Both the position numbers and the translations under genes were made by a program. A stretch of DNA of 57,554 bases, filler included, from Sphacelaria rigidula (lineage: Eukaryota): assembly GCA_964200075.2 (NCBI GenBank). It is 8 parts of 8 records of this genome, joined end to end, with 100 filler letters (N's around TTAATTAATTAA, not from the genome) between each part and the next. Parts side by side here need not be neighbours in the genome. Positions count along the whole stretch, not along the records: positions 50,449 to 57,554 come from CAXNAA020016454.1; 7 more parts are not named here. The stretch is one strand, 5' to 3'. Below are positions 50,911-57,554 of this stretch, piece after piece. Below the pieces are notes generated by a model that worked only from the letters and a program-made list of their open reading frames with translations, was not told where the DNA came from and did not search any database. Numbering within the stretch: the first letter of the stretch is position 1; every line of letters begins with the position of its first letter.

Positions 50911-53900
50911 CTGAAAGTGTAGAGGGGAGAGGAGAGGGCGGCATGATGGCGGTAGTGATGGTGGTGGTTGAAGGTGGGGGAGGAGTGATTTCGCACCAAA
51001 ACACAGGGGGAAAAAAATAATGTCCAGTGCACAACGTATCGGCATATTTACCCTTATCCTGCAGCAAGCCGTGGGGGGAAGGGGGCGGGAGGGCATGAAA
51101 GGTGCCGATCTACTCGGGTAGAGTGCGATTCATACACGTCGACACACGCCGACGGAATGCACCGCAAGAGCGCTCGCACGCACCCCTTGACAAGGGCCTC
51201 TGTCTCGCATTGTACACATCCCGCCAACAGAGGGAAAGCATTACCATACCCAGTCTAGTTGGTACGACTGAAAGCTATGAAGGGTGGAAGGTTGGAGGTT
51301 CGAATTCCGACAGACGCGGGACCTTTGCTGAAAATAAGTGTCCCGACTTTCGTCGTTGACCCGGCGAGGGCGGGTCCGGTCCGCAGCAGCACCAAAATGC
51401 AAGGCGTGTAACGGGGGAGACATGAGTCGATCACTTTGAGACTATGGACTCGTTCCCAGGAAGATAGGGATAAAATAAAGTATGGAGAAAAAACGAGATG
51501 AAGTAAATGGGTGCGTGCGTGCGCTTCTGGCTCATTGCACCCACCACCGCCCACCACCACCCACCGCCACCACCACCAAACGTTACCTCCGTGTGAAAAA
51601 TCCTAGCCATGACACGGGCCAGCTGCTTGAAGTCCCCCTCGTTTGCTGCCCCCTGACCCCCGAACAGCCCACACGTCAGGTGAATCAAACATCGGTAAAG
51701 CCACTGGCACCTGCTCTCCCACTGCCCCTCGATCTATTGCGTCGCCGCCGCAGCAGCAGCAGCACGGCATGTGCGAGTCATGGATGGGCGGCGTAAAAAT
51801 GAGGTATGTATATGGAAGCCATGTAAGTGGTCTATGATAGACATGATTATTCTGGGGTGTGCTTGCTCATGATGTTGCATGCCGTAGCCATATGACCATT
51901 GACCTGGCATGCCTACAAAGCCGGGACAGAGCACGTCGGATCTTCGCCGGACCAGGCTCGCAATCAATCGCCAAGCGTCAAGCGCCGTGATGTGTTCGGC
52001 GAATGGTATGAAGGGTGAGCTAAATCCTTCTAAGAGTTTTCGACCCGAAGCGTAGTGACTATCTTGCATATGGATGACAGCCTCCGATGAGTTGCTTCAT
52101 TTTCTGGTATCGCCACTTTCAGAGACAGCCACGGGTTACCCACTCCCTCATGGGTGTCTCACCATGATCCCCATAGGGGAGGAAGCCTGAGGCACAAGGT
52201 CCATTCCAAGCTAATGAAAAGTATAGACGAGTAACACACACAGCGGTACTCGGATACAGGCAGGCGCAGGACCTCTTTTGTTCTGTTCTATTACTGTGCT
52301 TCGTGCTACCGAACTTATTCAATTGGATGGTACATATTCGCACTGTTCTGTTTCAAATTGTGTACACCCTTTTGTCCTCTTTTGACTGAACGGCTGTGTG
52401 CAATTTGAATTGCTCCCCATGCTCTCCCCCCCCCCCCCACCCCAAATGGCAGTAGTTTGTTTTTCCCTTGCCCTTGAGCGTACCACGGTTGGCGGGAACC
52501 TCTCGTAGTATCCACCGCCATCGTCCTCGCCAGTGGCAATCTCTTGCGGATTTCCTCTCATCAGGGCGCAGCAGCAGCAGGTCACGAGCACGTCCATGAT
52601 CTGCCGCGCGATCAATGACATGTTTCACGCGTCTGTTTCGTGCCAGCACCACTCGGAAGCCACGCCAAGCACAAAAACATACAGCAACACAACAAAAAAA
52701 ACACAAAGCGCCAACTCAGCCTCAACTCACACATCACAGCCATGACAAAAGAAGAAAAGTCACAGCACGAAGTATAAGAGACAAGCTCTTTTACACAAAG
52801 TACCATGGTACTACACAGTACGTTGGATACCACCCCTCGTTGCAACCCTTGACAATTTTGCTCAGTTTCGACTTTCGCTCGACAGTGGGTATTCCGTATC
52901 ACCGAAAGACCTCGCGCCTATCAATCATAAATAAAATATCGACGAGATCCTTCCAACGGCACCAGTTTCGGCTTTGTTCAGAATCGCCGTCTTCGTGCAA
53001 AATCCGTGCGGAGAACTTTTTCACACACGAGCGAGAGGGGCGGCGCACGGGTGGAATTCCATATAATAATCTCCCACCCCGACTTGCAGACTCAACCATG
53101 GAGTAAATGCCTCGCGAAACGAAGATCCTCCGCACAGGGATCAAGTATACTTTCGACCTGCCTAGCGACCAAGGTAGTGTGACACATGGCATATGAGGTC
53201 AGCGACAGACAACTAGTCCCGTCATGATTTTTCTCCTCGCACGTTTCGCGTACGAGTTGCGGCAGTATCAAAATGCTATCCGATTTTTTGGATAATGACT
53301 GATTGACAACAGATTCATCATTTTTCTTAAAATTGGAGTTATCGCCCGTAGTTCGCGGCCACGCACGTACCTGGCTGGCGACAATGACGGCGAGAAGGAC
53401 ATGCAGCGCCTGATCCTTCAGCAACCCTCGGCACGTAGAGCGCAAGTACGTCAACAGCCCCAGTCCCACGCAGGCCATGATAATCTGGAAAAACCCCAGC
53501 AGCATGTGCGCGTTCAAGTATTTGCCGAGGCTTGCCCGAGGCTCGATATCCGCTATGCTGCCTGCGAATGCAATCCAATGCGGGTGTGCACGGAAGGAAT
53601 GGGTAAACCAGCACCACAGCGACTACCATTGTTGCTGATCCCTAGACTCAGTCAGAAGCTTTTGAGATCCATGCTCCGGAAGTATTGGGTGGCACATTGG
53701 ACTCAAGTCACAGACGTTCGCAATGACGCACATGGACTTCCTGGATGATGACTATAATATACAGCATCAAGGCCGGCCATTTCTATGATACTTCTTCTCT
53801 TCTCTTCGTAGTCTACTTTATTTGTATATTCTACCTTCTTCTGTTTGTCTTCACTTTTCTTCAGCGAGTATTTCGGTTTTGACTTGTCATGGGTGCGTAT

Positions 53901-54920
53901 ATCATGTAACCACGGCTGGATCCCTGGGGGACCAGTTTAAGTGCGACAATCAACAGAATAAAAACAAGAACAAAAATCAAGAAACGCATCGCAGTCGAAG
54001 GTTTAGAGTAGCTCTGCCTAAGTCTCGCCATGCTGTTCAAACAAAAAATATCGCGATATCGCACAGTTGGCGAATAGTTTGTCCTTCCCTCCCATACACT
54101 CGTGTCAAATATTTCCAATTCAAGCCTCATCGCCGTGTGTGGTTTGGCTGAGCTTCTTCACTCGATGAACGTGCTTCGTGGGTGTCGTAACCGTCGTCTT
54201 CAATCTTGACGTTACGAATACCACGGTTTCTTCAGCGCAGCAGCAAATATTCCCAATGAGCACTCGCGCGTTAGGGGCTACAATCCTGTTGATACCTATT
54301 ACTATTACTATGCTCTCCAGAGCATGTCGAGATTTATAATTCGAATGTGTTGAGACTCATGTGTTGATATGCTAGCGTGAGGAGATAGAGCATCTCACCA
54401 ACTACAGAAGCACCCTACTTCGCACACATCTGTGGCAAGCTAAAACACTACCCATCAACAGCCGGAGCGCAAAACGACCTACTTGGTCGTTTTGAGCTCC
54501 GGTGCATAAGGATTGTAGATGAGGGGTACCGTACAGGAGTTCTCTCAAGTCGCTGCGCCTTGCGATATATTTGCTCCCAGCTAGACGCGAAGCCCAAGAA
54601 ACAACGAACTTCAGAGACTGCCCCACGATTGTCTCATTTTGCTCAACACAGTGAGAAGCGAACGGATTCTCTCGGCGCAACAAAGCGATGGGGATCGCAA
54701 TAAAAATAGAGGTATAATGAAACGCGCGAACGCAAACGTTGTCGGTGTCGCACAAAACAAAATGAGGACCGAATGCCTCGACCCACGTGCCTCTTGTGGA
54801 AACCCTGGCGATGCCCCACTCCACCACGACGGCGAGCGCGAACGTGGACAAGGAGCAGGTGAAGTAGCTGTACAACAGCCAGTTATCGCTGCAGCCGCTC
54901 AGATCCGCTCCAACTTCCAC
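50636..54920 (-). CDS. DAGL: sn1-diacylglycerol lipase (DAGL alpha/beta)-like protein, N-terminal transmembrane part, partial; first exon and lipase domain not found on this contig
   Basis: Five frame-compatible exons on minus: 54920-54787 (VEVGADLSGC...VVEWGIARVSTRG), 53557-53371 (IADIEPRASLGKYL...LLAVIVASQ), 52600-52484 (IMDVLVTCCCCAL...), 51733-51587 (QWESRCQWL...FKQLARVMARIFHTE), 50910-50636 (EYLDVVPSDIAAGIVLL...). The RGTIxxxEPR, WExRC and DxVPSDIAAGxxLL motifs match the DAGL family from recall. Confidence 0.82.
51587..51733 (-). CDS. DAGL: DAGL-like exon
   Basis: caatag|IEGQWESRCQWLYRCLIHLTCGLFGGQGAANEGDFKQLARVMARIFHTE|gtaacg; 49 codons. Confidence 0.82.
51860..52200 (-). mobile_element. 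LINE 3' fragment in DAGL intron
   Basis: Reverse complement matches 17660-17970 (gtaacccgtggctgtctctg...ggctgtcatccata...). Confidence 0.7.
52484..52600 (-). CDS. DAGL: DAGL-like exon
   Basis: cggcag|IMDVLVTCCCCALMRGNPQEIATGEDDGGGYYERFPPTV|gtacgc; 39 codons. Confidence 0.8.
53371..53557 (-). CDS. DAGL: DAGL-like exon (transmembrane helices); alternative acceptor gives start at 53561
   Basis: IADIEPRASLGKYLNAHMLLGFFQIIMACVGLGLLTYL...LLAVIVASQ|gtacgt. Confidence 0.8.
54787..54920 (-). CDS. DAGL: DAGL-like exon (transmembrane helix); alternative GC donor gives end at 54791
   Basis: caacag|VEVGADLSGCSDNWLLYSYFTCSLSTFALAVVVEWGIARVSTRG. Confidence 0.78.
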
Positions 54921-57377
54921 CTGTTGTTGAAAATACACGACAAATATCGCCACACATGTGGAGAAGATCGAATTGACAGTGCACACGAAGAAACTATCCC
55001 GACTCTGAGGCGTCATTCTCGGCACCAGTCTCACAGATAAAGGCAAAGATTCATGAGTTGCAATATTTTTCGACCAATCAGAGCCGTTCAAACCACGAAA
55101 ATTCGGAAACCCTTCCACTAGTCGCATAAAAGCTATGAGATGCATATGAGTTTGCAAAATGGCTTCGGTTGACCCACACGTTGCACCGCTGCGAGAGAGA
55201 CAGCTGCGACAATCAATCGCTGAGCATTCAGCAGTCCGTGCTGGCTGAGTTCGTTGGCCCCCAATACGTAGGCACCCCGCCTTGTGTGTCTTTCCCCATC
55301 ACAGCACCCGACCTAACTCAAGTGCTAGAGAACATCCAAGAAACAGCTGCGCACTCATCACGTTATTTTTCAACGTTGTGCAGGCAGCACTTTGGTCCCG
55401 CCCCAATTCTACACAGATCGGAACACAGCAGCAATACAGCAGCTCAGGCACTCTCCAGCGCAGATCAAACCGTGCTTGTGGAGGGCTCACACGTATCACA
55501 GCACAGCAACAACTACAGCGTAGAGGATGAGTGTGAGCACCACCTTTTTCGTTTCACGGGAGACGGAGTAGCCAACACACCGTGACGTTTCAAATAGTTG
55601 GTGCGTAGACAGCACTGCGTGCCGACTAATATCATTGTATTCTACAGAGATGACCACAACACAGAAACTCAGGTAATCCCAGCGGAGACCAAACCGTCTT
55701 CATGGGCAGACTGAGAAGCCCGCGGGACAGATTAAGTCGGTAATCATCTATCAGACCGCTCCGTTCTACTTGGAATTATCAGGGGAGAAGTCCAAAACCT
55801 GGTGTTCGTGCGGTCTAATCTCACGGTCAATCACACCCGCACCCACATGTTCTCAACACAATACAGAGAGTACAGTAGTACAGCGCCCCGACGCACAGCA
55901 CCAGCGGAACAGAGTGCGGCAGCAGCGGGCATCGCCTTGTTCCTTCGACTCGAGACGAAACAGCCGACACACCACGAAGGTTTCAACAGTATGCAGACAA
56001 CACTGCGTGCTGACTAACGTTACTTTCTACGGAGACGAGCACAACGATAGCTTAGGCGATCCAATCCGTCTCCGCAATGCCTAAAACACACCACAGAACA
56101 GTTATGGGGGTGAATGGGGGGCCGATTTCGGTCACTATACTGGGGGAAAGGGTGCATCGATACCAGTCTACAGAAGAAATGGAGCCTGAACGAGCCAATC
56201 AGCTGTCGATCACAAGTACACGCGTCACCTCGAAATAACGACCTGTCCCATATGAAAGGTACGAAAAAAATAGTACGTCTCTAACAAGTCTGTGACTGAC
56301 GTTGCTCTACATCTGTACACATGGTCACAACAACAAGAGGACAGAAGCTGTTGCTCGTGTTGTTGTTGTGCTCCTCTTGTTGCGCTGTGTTGTTGTGCCA
56401 ATCTTTCACCGAGGATTTCTCAGCAACAAAGCAGAGGATTGAACTGCGGTTTCTTGCGCACGCTTGCCGCACACCTAAACTAGGGATCAGAGCGAGTAAT
56501 TTCCTTGACGCGTGACACAAACGCCGCACCACAACAAAATGTACGTAAGAAAAGGTGCTATTTTCAGTTTTGTTTCTAGATTTTTGGGTCTGCTGTGGCG
56601 AATTGAGCAGACCCCTCGCTGGATCTCCTAGCTTTCGTGTGTGTGCGAGGGGCTGTGAAGTGCCCCAGATCGGCTTGCTTCTTGTGTCGAGGAAAACGCG
56701 ATGAAAGTGCCACAGCTGTCGCATATTAAACCATGTTAATCTGGGATGAAGCGTGTGTCCTATTTTTCTCGGGTGATGACGTGTCTATTTTCTTCCGTGT
56801 TTCTTTATACTTTTTGCTGCACGAATGTTTTGATCGTTGTGGTCCTCATTTACCTCCATAAAGGTGAAAGCTCCAGCGAATGAGAGAGGGCGTGAATGTG
56901 TTTGTGCTGCGATAGGGTGACAGGCCTGATTTGAAACGGATTGTCAATTTTTGGCGGGTGCCCAGTTTGAAAGCTCAGTGATAGTCGCGTTACTTCTAAT
57001 TCACATTGAGTTACCGCTATCTATGTGTGGGAGATCTGACTTGTGTTGCGGGCTTCGTCCGCCAATTTGATTAAGGCAATGCTGTCCCGGTAGATTCATC
57101 ATAAATTTGCCCACCAGACTACGGTGGCAGCTACAGCACATGAGGGGGGGGCGTGAGTGTGTTTTCGCGGCAATACAGTAAGACAGGACATGTGCCATGT
57201 TTTAGCTCTTTGCCTGATTTTGAACAGGTCCTCAATTTTGTCCGGGTGCCGATTTTGAACGCCCGGTCATAGGCGCTTCGCGAGATAATACCTTGAAGCT
57301 TTTTGGAACTGGTGATGGAAAATTGACGACTTGCGTTTGATTGGTTTCTGAAAAATATGGCTAATTATTCACATCGC

Positions 57378-57450
57378 GCCCCGGTGGTGTAATGGTCCAA
57401 CTGTCGCCATCGGGGTGGAGAGAGCGGGGGTTCGATTCCCGATGCGTTGG
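57378..57450 (+). mobile_element. tRNA-related SINE head or tRNA pseudogene (second family)
   Basis: A-box tggtgtaatgg and B-box ggttcgattcc, but no closing acceptor stem. Confidence 0.5.
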
Positions 57451-57554
57451 GTTTTTTCTTCGTAATGTATGAATTCCACCCTGGAAAGCGTGAGAACGTG
57501 AGTAAACAGAAGTAGTCGACTGGGTTTGTGTGACGTGAGTTGACGCGGTGCGTG

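Noticed and set aside
55660-55760. TDLICPAGFSV as the DAGL first exon (SDDLVxP motif)
   Set aside because: There is an in-frame stop immediately after it and no compatible donor was found.
57378-57450. Functional tRNA gene
   Set aside because: A and B boxes are present, but the acceptor and anticodon stems do not form.

Overview
Eukaryotic, repeat-rich DNA, most likely from a brown alga (Phaeophyceae). This is inferred from a chlorophyll a/c light-harvesting gene with an ASAFAP-type plastid presequence, many ~0.5-3 kb GT-AG introns and TTAGGG repeats. The window is not one locus. It is eight contigs of 7106-7108 bp (1-7108, 7209-14315, 14416-21522, 21623-28729, 28830-35936, 36037-43142, 43243-50348, 50449-57554) joined by an artificial N44-TTAATTAATTAA-N44 linker. 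Recognisable genes: a complete 4-exon Lhcr-type light-harvesting gene (8224-12246, +), two internal exons of ALG2 mannosyltransferase (16835-20560, +) and five exons of a membrane-type diacylglycerol lipase-like gene (50636-54920, -). The rest is decayed LINEs, tRNA-derived SINEs, a chromodomain Ty3/gypsy remnant, a tyrosine-recombinase (DIRS/Ngaro-like) retroelement, a copia fragment, many MITEs and tandem repeats. The most striking unexplained signal is that the non-transposon parts of the introns are tiled by long (about 150-500 nt), imperfect inverted repeats with no obvious similarity to each other. Their arm differences mostly read as G-U wobbles on the host gene's sense strand. This points to RNA hairpin arrays, either intronic miRNA/siRNA clusters or structure-compacted introns. 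All alignments were done by eye.
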